Source: an uncultured virus (IMG/VR IMGVR_UViG_3300035696_001394) (taxonomy: Duplodnaviria > Heunggongvirae > Uroviricota > Caudoviricetes). Taken from it: a DNA stretch of 20,000 nt. The stretch lies in IMG/VR virus record IMGVR_UViG_3300035696_001394; one strand, written 5' to 3'. The position numbers were made by a program, and so were the translations under genes. The notes below the pieces were generated by a model. The model did no database searches. It saw nothing but the letters and a program-made list of their open reading frames with translations, and was not told the DNA's origin. Of the stretch, positions 8,403-16,660 are shown one piece after another. How positions within the stretch are numbered: position 1 is the stretch's first letter; each line of letters starts with the position of its first letter.

Positions 8403-10216
8403 TTCGCCCAATTCGCGTCGTTCTGGTGAACCGTGTACTCGCCCGGGTTGAGCACGAGCTTCTGTTCGAGGATGCGGATGTTCGGGTCGCCGTACGACAC
8501 GAAGGCCGTCGTGAAGAACGTGGGCCCGCTGCGCTTGGGGATGTCCCCGATCGGGCAGCCGAGCATCGTCGGGTAGTGCTCCTTGAGGCACTGGAGCACG
8601 TACGCGAGGAAGAGCGATCCCTTCGGGGCGCCGAAGATGCCGTGGCAGATGTTGGCGAAGCGGGGATCGAACGTCGCCGCGACGAACGCGCGCGAGAACA
8701 GCCCGTCGAAGGGCTTGAGCGCCGTCGAGTCGATGTCGCAGTAGATCCCGCCGTGCTGATAGAGGATGTCGTAGCTGGCGATGTCCACCTTCGCGCCGAA
8801 GTTGGGCTCCTGCTCGTACAGCTCGCGCAGGATGAGCCCCTCGGGTCGCACCATCTCGATTCGCACGCGGTCGATGGGCGCGCGCTCGCGATCGACCCAG
8901 AGGATGATCTCGTAGGTCGGGTTCTGGTCGCGGTAGCTCTCGACGTTGCGGACGTACTTCTCGGGGATCTCGGAGCCGACCCAGAAGAGGTGGATCTTCT
9001 TGGGCAGCGTGTAGTCGGCGTCGCGCTCCGTCGGCACCGCGAAGCGCTTGGGCAAGCACCCCTTGCCGATGATCGCCATCGCCTGCGCGAACGTGTGCGC
9101 TGCGCCGGGCGGGGGCGCCGCGGGGGGCGTGATCTCCCGCAGGCGCCGGGCCGCGAGCGGCTCGGTCAGCGCGGCCAGCTTGAAGTCCGCGATGGCGCCA
9201 CGCGTGTCGCCGTGATGCTGGCGGTAGATCCCGCGGAAGAGGTGCGCTCCCGGGTCGCCGGGGAACCACTCGATGCGCTGTTCGAGACGCCGGAGCGCGT
9301 CGGCCGACATGTTCGCGACCGCATCGAGATCGCGCGCGACCTGCTCGTTCGCGTACGCGTCCGCATGCCGGAGCCGAACCGTCGACGGGATGAACGTGTG
9401 CAGCTCCGCCGACGTCGTGGCCGTCCCGTTCTGATCGTGGACGCGGTACGAGAGGAGCCGCTCGGGGACATGCCGCACGACCGGCGCGTGACGCGAGCAC
9501 GCGATCCAGAACGCCCAATCCTCGCAGCCGAGGAGCGACACGTCGTAGCCGCCCGCGAGGCGCCAGAGGTGCTTGGTGATGAGGGTGCAGCACGTCACAA
9601 GATTCTGGTTCAGGAGCTTGCCGGCGTCGTAGGGCGACAGGTCCCACACGCCCGTGCCGCTGCCGATGTTCTTCATGTTCGTCGTGACCATCGCGACCGG
9701 GCTGTCGGGGGCCACCGCGAGCGTCTGCGCGAGGAAGTCCGGTTCGATCGTGTCATCACCATCGAGCGGCAGCACGAAGTGGCTCCGAGCCGCGGAGAAG
9801 CCCGCGTTGCGCGCGTCGGCCGCGCCCCGGTCGTAACCGGTGAGCACGCGGATGGTCTTGTGATTGGACGCGAACTCGCGCGCCACCCGCGCGCTCGGTT
9901 CGTCACCGCAGACCACGATGATCTCGTTGGCCGCGCGTGTCTGCACGACCGCGCTCGTGATGGCTTCGGCGAGGTAGCCCGGCTGCTTGAAGGCCGTGAT
10001 GACGATCGCCACGCTCGCATCGCGCGCCACCGGGCGCTCGTCGGGCGTGGGCGGCGTCACCGTGCGCACCGCCGGGAGCGGCGCCGGGTGCGCGTGCGCG
10101 CGAGCGAACGCTCTGTCTGCGGCCGTTGGCACCGGGGGTTTGGTGTCGGACTTCTGCGTCTCCTGCGGCGGGGTCGCCTTGGGGCCCTGCCAGGCGGCCC
10201 AATCACTACCGAACAT
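8399..10216 (-). CDS. Bifunctional glycosyltransferase: GT2 domain + TPR-like helices + GT32-like domain
   Basis: GT2: VAIVITAF, GAADARNAG, LPLDGDD, GGYD...CEDW. TPR-like: AHLFRGIYRQHHGDTRGAIADFKLA. GT32: LPKKIHLFWVG, DIASYDILYQHGGIYCDIDS, SGPTFFT. Confidence 0.85.
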   Translation of the reverse strand: MFGSDWAAWQGPKATPPQETQKSDTKPPVPTAADRAFARAHAHPAPLPAVRTVTPPTPDERPVARDASVAIVITAFKQPGYLAEAITSAVVQTRAANEIIVVCGDEPSARVAREFASNHKTIRVLTGYDRGAADARNAGFSAARSHFVLPLDGDDTIEPDFLAQTLAVAPDSPVAMVTTNMKNIGSGTGVWDLSPYDAGKLLNQNLVTCCTLITKHLWRLAGGYDVSLLGCEDWAFWIACSRHAPVVRHVPERLLSYRVHDQNGTATTSAELHTFIPSTVRLRHADAYANEQVARDLDAVANMSADALRRLEQRIEWFPGDPGAHLFRGIYRQHHGDTRGAIADFKLAALTEPLAARRLREITPPAAPPPGAAHTFAQAMAIIGKGCLPKRFAVPTERDADYTLPKKIHLFWVGSEIPEKYVRNVESYRDQNPTYEIILWVDRERAPIDRVRIEMVRPEGLILRELYEQEPNFGAKVDIASYDILYQHGGIYCDIDSTALKPFDGLFSRAFVAATFDPRFANICHGIFGAPKGSLFLAYVLQCLKEHYPTMLGCPIGDIPKRSGPTFFTTAFVSYGDPNIRILEQKLVLNPGEYTVHQNDANWAK

Positions 10217-11450
10217 GTTGTGCGTTCTCCCTCTTGCCCTTGGTGGTCTTCACCTTCGACGTCTTCTTCGTGCGCGTCTTGTCGTCGCGCCGGCTCTTCG
10301 ACGCCGCGCGCTTCGGCATCGGCGTGCGCTTACGCTTGAGCGCCTCACCTTCAATAGCGCGCGCCCGCGAGATGGTCTCAGCGGTGACGAGCACATCCTC
10401 TTCGCGCACGTCCTTCTTCGCGCGCGCAGGCTTGCCGTCCGCGCGCTTCATCTTGCCGCCCTCACCCTTCTTGACCTTCACGAGCCCGGCGGCCGGCGGG
10501 GGCAGCTCGCGCCGCACGCGCCCGCGCTTCTCCTCTTGAGCGAGCTGCGCTTCCAGCTCGGGGGGCATCGGGAGCGGATCGTCCGCGGTGCCCGTCGCCG
10601 CGACCTCGCCCGGCGTCGGCGGCTCGGGGGCCAGCGGCGGGACGAGCATCAGGTTGCCGCGCTTCTTGCCGCGCTCGGGTTTCTCGGGCATCGCTGCCAA
10701 ACCCGTCTGCGTCATGATGAGCTTGTACTCGCCGTGCGTCGGGCCAAAGCGGTTCTTCCACGGCTTGAGCACGCGCGAGCCGTCCTCTTCGGGGAACAGC
10801 GTCACGAGCGTGCTGACCTCGTGCTGGAGCGTCATGAGCCCGGCGAAGTCACCTTCCTTCGTCATGTGCGCGATGAGGAACGCGGGCGCCTTGTACTTTG
10901 AGGCGTAGTCCCTGTACCGCTTGCAGATCACGATGGCCGCGTGCGCGTCCTTGCCGCAGAGCGAGGTGATCGAGTCGAGGATGATCATGCCCGGCGGATC
11001 GTCCTTGAACAACTCCTCTTCGATCTCGGCGCCCGTACCGAAGTCGGTGAGCACACGGAGCCTGTCGATGTTGTCGATCTTGAGGCGGTCGGCCGTGATG
11101 CGTAGCTCGCCGGCAGGCTGCTCAGCGGACAGGTAGAACGAGCGCTTGCCGGTGATCTTCGCGAAGACCGACGAGAGCTGGAGCAGCAAGGTCGTCTTGC
11201 CGGCGCCGGGCGCGCCGCCGAGGAGCGTGATGCTCGTTGGCACGAAGCCGCCGCCCCACGCGATGTCCCACGGACCACCCGTCACGATACGGTCGACCGA
11301 CGTCGCCGTGACTTGATCGAGCGTCGTCGTCTGCTTCTTACCCACCGCGCCGCCCACGCTCCCGGTCTCCGAGAGCGTCCAGTTCCCGCACTTCTGGCAA
11401 AGCGACTTGCCGGGCATCATCGGGTTGCCGCAGTGGGCGCAGTTCGCCAT
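10206..11450 (-). CDS. radA: RadA/Sms-like RecA-family ATPase lacking the C-terminal Lon-like domain
   Basis: ATG at 11450 (TAATG overlap); CxxC-x10-CxxC Zn finger, Walker A GAPGAGKTT, YLSAEQ, Walker B IILDS, HMTKEGDFAG and the RadA signature KNRFG; followed by a Pro-rich then Lys/Arg-rich tail. Confidence 0.85.
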   Translation of the reverse strand: MANCAHCGNPMMPGKSLCQKCGNWTLSETGSVGGAVGKKQTTTLDQVTATSVDRIVTGGPWDIAWGGGFVPTSITLLGGAPGAGKTTLLLQLSSVFAKITGKRSFYLSAEQPAGELRITADRLKIDNIDRLRVLTDFGTGAEIEEELFKDDPPGMIILDSITSLCGKDAHAAIVICKRYRDYASKYKAPAFLIAHMTKEGDFAGLMTLQHEVSTLVTLFPEEDGSRVLKPWKNRFGPTHGEYKLIMTQTGLAAMPEKPERGKKRGNLMLVPPLAPEPPTPGEVAATGTADDPLPMPPELEAQLAQEEKRGRVRRELPPPAAGLVKVKKGEGGKMKRADGKPARAKKDVREEDVLVTAETISRARAIEGEALKRKRTPMPKRAASKSRRDDKTRTKKTSKVKTTKGKRENAQHVR

Positions 11451-11842
11451 TAGCCAGGGCCCATGACGGCGAGGCAGAATCGAAAGAGCTGCCCGCCCTT
11501 GAGGCCCTCGGGGATGTGCCCCGAGTACGTGGCGCGCACGAGGACGCCGTGATCGCAGAGCAGCGGCTTGAACGAACGCTTCTCCTTGGGCACGTCGGGG
11601 TGGAAGTCGTACGCGTCGCGGGTCGGGTAGTAGTCGGGACCGACCTCGTTGTAGAAGAGCGGCTCGGGCGAGACGGCGTCGATCGACATGTCGTCGAGTC
11701 GCACGAAGCCCGCGCACGGCGCGTTGGTCGTCAGGTGCTCGGCGGTGAACGCGCGCATCGTCCAGTCGCGCGCCTCGAACTGGCACGGCACGCCGAGCAC
11801 GATCTCGGCGCCGAGCGCGAACGTGTATATCTCGACCTTCAT
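11450..11842 (-). CDS. Hypothetical beta-rich protein (130 aa, MKVEIYTFALG...)
   Basis: ATG at 11842 in an ATGA overlap with the upstream stop. Confidence 0.65.
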   Translation of the reverse strand: MKVEIYTFALGAEIVLGVPCQFEARDWTMRAFTAEHLTTNAPCAGFVRLDDMSIDAVSPEPLFYNEVGPDYYPTRDAYDFHPDVPKEKRSFKPLLCDHGVLVRATYSGHIPEGLKGGQLFRFCLAVMGPG

Positions 11843-12117
11843 GTTGCGACCTTCCCTGCAAGGAGCTGCTCGAACGGCTTGTGCTGCAACGTCGGCTTGC
11901 CCTCTTCGAGCAAGCGCTCCGCGCGTCTCTTCCTTCGCTGCGCGAGACAGAGGTCGCACGGCTTGGACGGCAGTACCGTCACCTTGCGCTTGCGCGACTC
12001 GACGAGTGCCGCATCACGGCAGTGGTCGCAGAAGTGCAAGTCCTCGGGCTCGCGGGGCGCGAGCGCCGTCTCGTCGGGCGTGTACATCCGGTACCGCTTG
12101 TCGAACCCGCGGCTCAT
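11839..12117 (-). CDS. Small CxxC...CxxC protein
   Basis: CDHC and CDLC pairs; ATGA overlaps at both ends. Confidence 0.65.
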   Translation of the reverse strand: MSRGFDKRYRMYTPDETALAPREPEDLHFCDHCRDAALVESRKRKVTVLPSKPCDLCLAQRRKRRAERLLEEGKPTLQHKPFEQLLAGKVAT

Positions 12118-12869
12118 AGCGGCTTGCCCCCCGGCCCCACGAGCCCAGCCCCACGCACCCTCGTCATCTCTTCCCCGAAACAGCCTTCGAGCCCCCGGTG
12201 GTTGGTCCGCGCGTCGAGCGAGACCCAGATCGTGATCTTCGCCCCCCGCAGTCGCGCGCTGAAGGCGCGGTCGTCGCCGAGAAACTCGTTCTCGTCTTCC
12301 GGCGCACCCTCTTCGAGCGCGTTGGCCGGCATGAGGATCGAGTTGAACAGCGCGTAGCTACGCTGCCCCGGGATCACCTGCGAGCGAAAGTGGTCGTCGG
12401 GGTACGTCTTGCAGAGCGTGTCGAACGCTGCGCGACGCACGAGCACGCAGCCGAGGCCCGTCGAGAGCGTCTCGGCGAGCCGCACGCCATTGACGCGGAT
12501 CGGATCGGTGTACGGCACCACGTTGTAGACATGACGATCCGCGCGGACCGGCTCAGCGACGCCGTAGTCCCCCGCGTCGCCGCGCATGAGGCACGGCGCG
12601 GTCACGACGTCCTTACCGCACTTGATCATGTCGAGCATCGACGGCCCGGTGATCTTCACGTCGTCGTCCTGCAAGACGGTGGCGTCGGCGCCCGACATGC
12701 GGAACGCCGTGCCCAACTCGGCGCGCGCCATGTCGAGGAGCGCGAGCCCCTTGAGCACGCCCACCGAGACCTCGTGCCCAGCCGCCGCCAGCTCGTCGGC
12801 GGCGACGTTGGCCTTCGCCTCTTCGTCGGAGATCCCCTTGTAGCTCGCGACCGCGACAAAGAGCTTCAT
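12114..12869 (-). CDS. GT-A fold (GT2-like) glycosyltransferase
   Basis: ATG at 12869 (ATGA overlap); ARAELG, LQDDDV (DxD), STGLGCVLVRRAAF, FLGDDRAFS...ITIWV...NHRG. Confidence 0.75.
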   Translation of the reverse strand: MKLFVAVASYKGISDEEAKANVAADELAAAGHEVSVGVLKGLALLDMARAELGTAFRMSGADATVLQDDDVKITGPSMLDMIKCGKDVVTAPCLMRGDAGDYGVAEPVRADRHVYNVVPYTDPIRVNGVRLAETLSTGLGCVLVRRAAFDTLCKTYPDDHFRSQVIPGQRSYALFNSILMPANALEEGAPEDENEFLGDDRAFSARLRGAKITIWVSLDARTNHRGLEGCFGEEMTRVRGAGLVGPGGKPL

Positions 12870-13603
12870 CGATCCGCCCCCCACGGTTGACCGCCCGGTT
12901 CGTACGCGCGCCCCCACACCACGGCGCGGAACGGCCCCGGCTTATTGAGCCGCACGTGCAACGTGATGTGGTGGGCCGGCGAGACTCGTACTGGAGCGAA
13001 CGCGCACGCTTCCCGCAGCGCCTCGACGCTCGCCCAATTCCGCGGGTTGAACGTGCTGAGCGGCACCTCTCGCCTGCCCACCACGCCAGAGACGTTCGCG
13101 AACTGCACATCGAGCAGCGAACCGTCGCACGTGTCCGGGTCGACGATGAGCCATTGCGGCTCGATGTTGAGGTCTGGGCTCTGTCGAACGGGGAATGCAA
13201 CGTCCGCCTGTTGCGCGTAGCCGCTCAGCCCCAAGAGCATCCCGCCCGCGAACTCTCGCGTGCTACCGCCACTGGTCCCGAGAACCTTGCCCCACCACCC
13301 GCGCTCTTCTTCGAGTTCCGCGCGGAGCCTGTCGCGCTCTTCTTCGAGCGCGCGCCGCTCTTCCTGCGCCAGCGTGACCACCCGCTCGACTTCGCGGGTC
13401 GTGTCGAGCCCTGCGCGCCCGAGGATGTCCCGCAGCGCGTCGACCCCAAGCGCAGCAACATCCGGGTGACCCGACTGCCGCCCGACGCTCTGCATCGCGC
13501 GAACCACCTTGCCCAGAGCCCCCGCGACCTCAGCGCCGCGGGCTGCGATTCGATGCACCTCGGCCTGCGCGTCTGAGCGCGTCCACTTCCGATCGGTGCT
13601 CAC
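12866..13603 (-). CDS. Hypothetical protein: N-terminal helical/coiled-coil region plus C-terminal beta-rich domain
   Basis: Heptad-like LAQEERRALEEERDRLRAELEEER; beta-strand pattern in the last ~120 aa; coupled to neighbours. Confidence 0.65.
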   Translation of the reverse strand: MSTDRKWTRSDAQAEVHRIAARGAEVAGALGKVVRAMQSVGRQSGHPDVAALGVDALRDILGRAGLDTTREVERVVTLAQEERRALEEERDRLRAELEEERGWWGKVLGTSGGSTREFAGGMLLGLSGYAQQADVAFPVRQSPDLNIEPQWLIVDPDTCDGSLLDVQFANVSGVVGRREVPLSTFNPRNWASVEALREACAFAPVRVSPAHHITLHVRLNKPGPFRAVVWGRAYEPGGQPWGADR

Positions 13604-13605
13604 GG

Positions 13606-13869
13606 CTACTTCTCGTCGGTGATGGTGACGATCAGCTCTTGCCCGACGCGGACCGGATCCGAGCCGTCCTCGTTGCGCCGCACGGTGAACACGATCTCGT
13701 CCGCGCTCACGGCGAGCACCGCCGGGTCCCTGCTCGGGTCGGCGTACTCCTCTACGATGGCGCCGCGAACGGTCACGTACGTCTTCGCGCGCTCTTGATC
13801 GCCCCCCACGTGGTTCGCGGTCAGCCGCTCGATCGAGTCCACCACCATCTTCGCTTTGATCCGCAGCAT
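13606..13869 (-). CDS. Hypothetical protein (87 aa, MLRIKAKMVV...)
   Basis: ATG at 13869 with AGGAGG RBS. Confidence 0.7.
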   Translation of the reverse strand: MLRIKAKMVVDSIERLTANHVGGDQERAKTYVTVRGAIVEEYADPSRDPAVLAVSADEIVFTVRRNEDGSDPVRVGQELIVTITDEK

Positions 13870-13880
13870 CGCCAATCCTC

Positions 13881-14153
13881 CTATTCGTCGATGTTCCCCA
13901 CGCGTACGGACCCGGGCCGATCCTCTTGGCTCCGATCCAACCAGAAGCGGACGTAGACGGGCGTCTTCACGCCATCGCGCATGTCGTCGGGGACCGCCAC
14001 GAGGCAGGTCACCTCGACGAGTCGCAGCAAGCGGGGCAGCTTGAAGGTGAGCACCCACCCCCGCTTACCCTTGCGGGCGATGGCTTCCGCCACGATCTGC
14101 GGGAGTTTGAAGCCCGCCGGGCGCCGGGTCTCGTCTTGAGCGGCTGCGACCAC
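13881..14153 (-). CDS. Hypothetical protein (90 aa), first gene of the long minus-strand run
   Basis: GTG at 14153 preceded by AGGAG and a TGnTAGCGT element. Confidence 0.65.
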   Translation of the reverse strand: MVAAAQDETRRPAGFKLPQIVAEAIARKGKRGWVLTFKLPRLLRLVEVTCLVAVPDDMRDGVKTPVYVRFWLDRSQEDRPGSVRVGNIDE

Positions 14154-14161
14154 GGGCTCCT

Positions 14162-14170
14162 ACGCTAGCA
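14162..14170 (-). promoter_or_regulatory. Candidate extended -10 promoter element (TGcTAGCGT)
   Basis: Matches TGnTAnnnT; lies in the divergent intergenic region 8 nt upstream of the GTG at 14153. Confidence 0.35.
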
Positions 14171-14262
14171 TGGGAATGGACGTGAATGCTGTCGCCGTTT
14201 GGCCGTCCAACGGGGTAGCACCCGAAGATTCGCCCCCCGGGGGCCGGCGTGCAGAAGGATTG

Positions 14263-14808
14263 ATGACGACGATGGATGCGATCTTGAAGGCTTGCGCCGT
14301 GCTGGCGCTCTCGTGCTGCGCCGCTTGCGGGGGCGCTGCTTTCTCCTCGCTCGGCGAGAATCACAACGCCCCCGACGCCGAAACGGGTGACTCCGGGGGG
14401 GCAGAGTCGGACACGCCTGACGCCGGGGGCGAGACGGAAGCTACCACGCCGCCCGAAGCCGGCCACGACTCCGCGCCGAGCGATGGCGACGGTGGCGCGC
14501 TCGACAGCGGTTCGCCGAAGCCCGACGCGGGCGGCATCGGCTTCGCCGCGTGCGAGTCGTACTTCCACGCGTTCGAGAGCGATTGCTCGTGCGTGGTCGG
14601 CAACACCTGCACGCAAGCCATCGACGACGCCGGTTGCAACGACGTCCTCACGCACTGCACGTTCGACGTGTGCGGTTGGGACGGCGGCACCAGCCCCGAC
14701 CCCGCAACGCTCTGCGGCTGCATCGAGCCGTGCCTCGGGAGCTGCCGCGCCCCGAACGACCTCTTCTTCGAGTGCAAGACGGCCACGTGCGCTGCGACCT
14801 GCCCATGA
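14263..14808 (+). CDS. Cys-rich putative lipoprotein, myxobacterial style
   Basis: Signal/lipobox-like AVLALSCCAAC-GG, acidic low-complexity linker with PDA/DAG/DSG repeats, Cys-rich C-terminal domain; start at 14263 or 14272 after GAAGGA. Confidence 0.7.
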   Translation: MTTMDAILKACAVLALSCCAACGGAAFSSLGENHNAPDAETGDSGGAESDTPDAGGETEATTPPEAGHDSAPSDGDGGALDSGSPKPDAGGIGFAACESYFHAFESDCSCVVGNTCTQAIDDAGCNDVLTHCTFDVCGWDGGTSPDPATLCGCIEPCLGSCRAPNDLFFECKTATCAATCP

Positions 14809-15221
14809 GCGAGAACAGCGACCACCACGACCTGCACGACAGCCTCGACGCGCAAGAACGCGAACACACCCGCACCCCCACGGCAACGCTGACACGCGCC
14901 GAGCTGATTCGACTGTTGAACGACAACGGCTGCGCGGTCTTGAACGACGCCCACGGCAACCTCGTCGTGGTGCTGCCCGATCACCTCGTCGTGCCGCCGG
15001 AGCAGGCGCCCGCCGAACCGTCTTCGACCGACGACCCGGCGCGTCCCGCCTTCGAGAGCTTCGCTGCGTGCCTGCGCGCCGAAGCGCGCTGGAGCGCCAT
15101 GATCCACGAAGGCGACAAGACGGGACAGGCCGCGAGCGATCAACGCTCGCTCCTACGTCTCGCCGAGCACGTCGAGCAGGTCGGGCGCAGCCAAGGCTTC
15201 CTGCCGCCGAAGCGCTCGTAG
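14805..15221 (+). CDS. Hypothetical protein (138 aa, MSENSDHHD...)
   Basis: ATGA overlap with the lipoprotein stop. Confidence 0.65.
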   Translation: MSENSDHHDLHDSLDAQEREHTRTPTATLTRAELIRLLNDNGCAVLNDAHGNLVVVLPDHLVVPPEQAPAEPSSTDDPARPAFESFAACLRAEARWSAMIHEGDKTGQAASDQRSLLRLAEHVEQVGRSQGFLPPKRS

Positions 15222-15223
15222 CC

Positions 15224-15520
15224 GTGCCGGGCGCTCACGCGTTCGACTACTGGTTCACGACATCCGAGTGGGGCTCCGACCACCGCACGGGCGCGCTCGG
15301 CGGCTCGCGCGAGAGAGCGCGTCGTCCCGAAGACCGCCCCGGCAAAGCCGACACGGTGTGGGATTGGGCCGTTCAGAGCCCGCGCGATGCGAACGGGGAC
15401 CGCACGACTCTCGCGCGCGGCACCGCGCAGAACCAGGCCGGAGCCCGGCGCGCGATGCGCGAGGTCGTACGCGAACTACCCGACAAGCCTGCGCCGCAAC
15501 GGGGGTCTGCGGTAGATTGA
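15224..15520 (+). CDS. Hypothetical protein (98 aa, MPGAHAFDYWF...)
   Basis: GTG 2 nt after the previous stop; fills the gap to 15527. Confidence 0.5.
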   Translation: MPGAHAFDYWFTTSEWGSDHRTGALGGSRERARRPEDRPGKADTVWDWAVQSPRDANGDRTTLARGTAQNQAGARRAMREVVRELPDKPAPQRGSAVD

Positions 15521-15526
15521 CATTCG

Positions 15527-16198
15527 ATGTTCGGCAGCGAATGGTCTGGATGGGTTCCACCGCCACCGCCAACGCCACCCCCACCCCCACCGCCGCCACT
15601 ACGCAAGCTTCACCTGGGCGCGGGAGCGCATCCTCTCGCTGCACGCGGTTGGACCGACACGGACGGGGACCCGAAGACGCCGGAAACCTTGCGCGTCGAG
15701 CTGACAGCGCCGCTACCGTTCGCCGACGCTTCGTTCGATCGCATCTTCAGCGAGCACGTCCTCGAACACTTCACGCGTGACGCGGGCTTGTCGCTCTTGC
15801 GCGAATGCCGCCGCGTGATCGTACCTGACGGGCGCATTCGCATCACCGTCCCCGATCTGGACTTCTACTTGTCGCTCTTCAACGATCCTGCGACGTGGCC
15901 TGCCGACACACGCGCGTTCGCGACGTTCATCACCGAGACGCACAAGCTCTACACACCGTGCCAGATCCTCAACTGGCAACTGACGCTGGCGGCCGATCAC
16001 CCGTACGGTCACAAGTTCGCGTACAACGAGAGCGAGCTGCGTGCCGCGCTGATAGCGGCCGGGTTCGGCGACGTGCGGCGCTACAAGGCCGGCGAGAGTG
16101 ATGATCCCGAGCTGCGCGGGCTGGAGAACGTCGAGCGGCTCCCACCACGGATAATCGCCACCGAGGCGTTGACGCTCGAAGCTAGTCCTTCACGATGA
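15527..16198 (+). CDS. Class I SAM-dependent methyltransferase (type 11-like, glycan-cluster type)
   Basis: KLHLGAG, LPFADASFDRIFSEHVLEHF, ECRRVIVPDGRIRITVPDL; N-terminal MFGSEWSGW followed by a poly-Pro linker. Confidence 0.85.
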   Translation: MFGSEWSGWVPPPPPTPPPPPPPPLRKLHLGAGAHPLAARGWTDTDGDPKTPETLRVELTAPLPFADASFDRIFSEHVLEHFTRDAGLSLLRECRRVIVPDGRIRITVPDLDFYLSLFNDPATWPADTRAFATFITETHKLYTPCQILNWQLTLAADHPYGHKFAYNESELRAALIAAGFGDVRRYKAGESDDPELRGLENVERLPPRIIATEALTLEASPSR

Positions 16199-16388
16199 GC
16201 TGTTGCGCCGACGACTCGCGCGCCAGTCGCACGATCTGATCCCCCTGATCGGTGTCGCCGCCGTCGTACACCTTCACGTGCGGGCCGTCGCGGTAGACCG
16301 CGATGTGCCGGAGCACGAAGCACAAGCGCTCGACGAAGCGTAGGGCTGCCGCTTCATCGCGGAAGGCGAAGAGGTACGTCGGCGGCAT
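16182..16388 (-). CDS. Small hypothetical protein (68 aa)
   Basis: Protein-like composition; converges on the methyltransferase with a short overlap. Confidence 0.55.
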   Translation of the reverse strand: MPPTYLFAFRDEAAALRFVERLCFVLRHIAVYRDGPHVKVYDGGDTDQGDQIVRLARESSAQQLIVKD

Positions 16389-16647
16389 CGCGGTACACGC
16401 CTTGTCGTAGCAGCGGCATCACCAAGCGGTGCTTGTGGCCCGCGTTCACGCACGCGTTGTTGAGGCGGCGTAGCTCTTCGAGCGCACCGTCCTCACCGAG
16501 ACGCAACCTGATCGCCGCGAGCGTGCGCTCGGCGTCGCACGCCGCGTACCGCGCACGCTGGCTCGCGCGCACCGCTACCCACGTCGAGATGAGCGTGAGT
16601 AGCGGTGGCGCCCCGATGACGATGAGGTCGAGGGTGAGCTGCGTCAC
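16354..16647 (-). CDS. Small protein with one predicted N-terminal transmembrane helix
   Basis: Hydrophobic stretch LIVIGAPPLLTLISTWVAV followed by basic residues. Confidence 0.55.
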   Translation of the reverse strand: MTQLTLDLIVIGAPPLLTLISTWVAVRASQRARYAACDAERTLAAIRLRLGEDGALEELRRLNNACVNAGHKHRLVMPLLRQGVYRDAADVPLRLPR

Positions 16648-16660
16648 TGCCGCGCTGGGG

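Noticed and set aside
8403..9647. Long N-terminal extension of the FkbM ORF (also the track extensions of 6922-8007, 10206-11861, 3972-4745, 4379-5143)
   Set aside because: They overlap bona fide upstream genes in another frame; coupled starts define the shorter CDSs.
15518..15523. Perfect TTGACA -35 hexamer
   Set aside because: It overlaps a stop codon 3 nt before the next ATG and has no matching -10 at the expected spacing.
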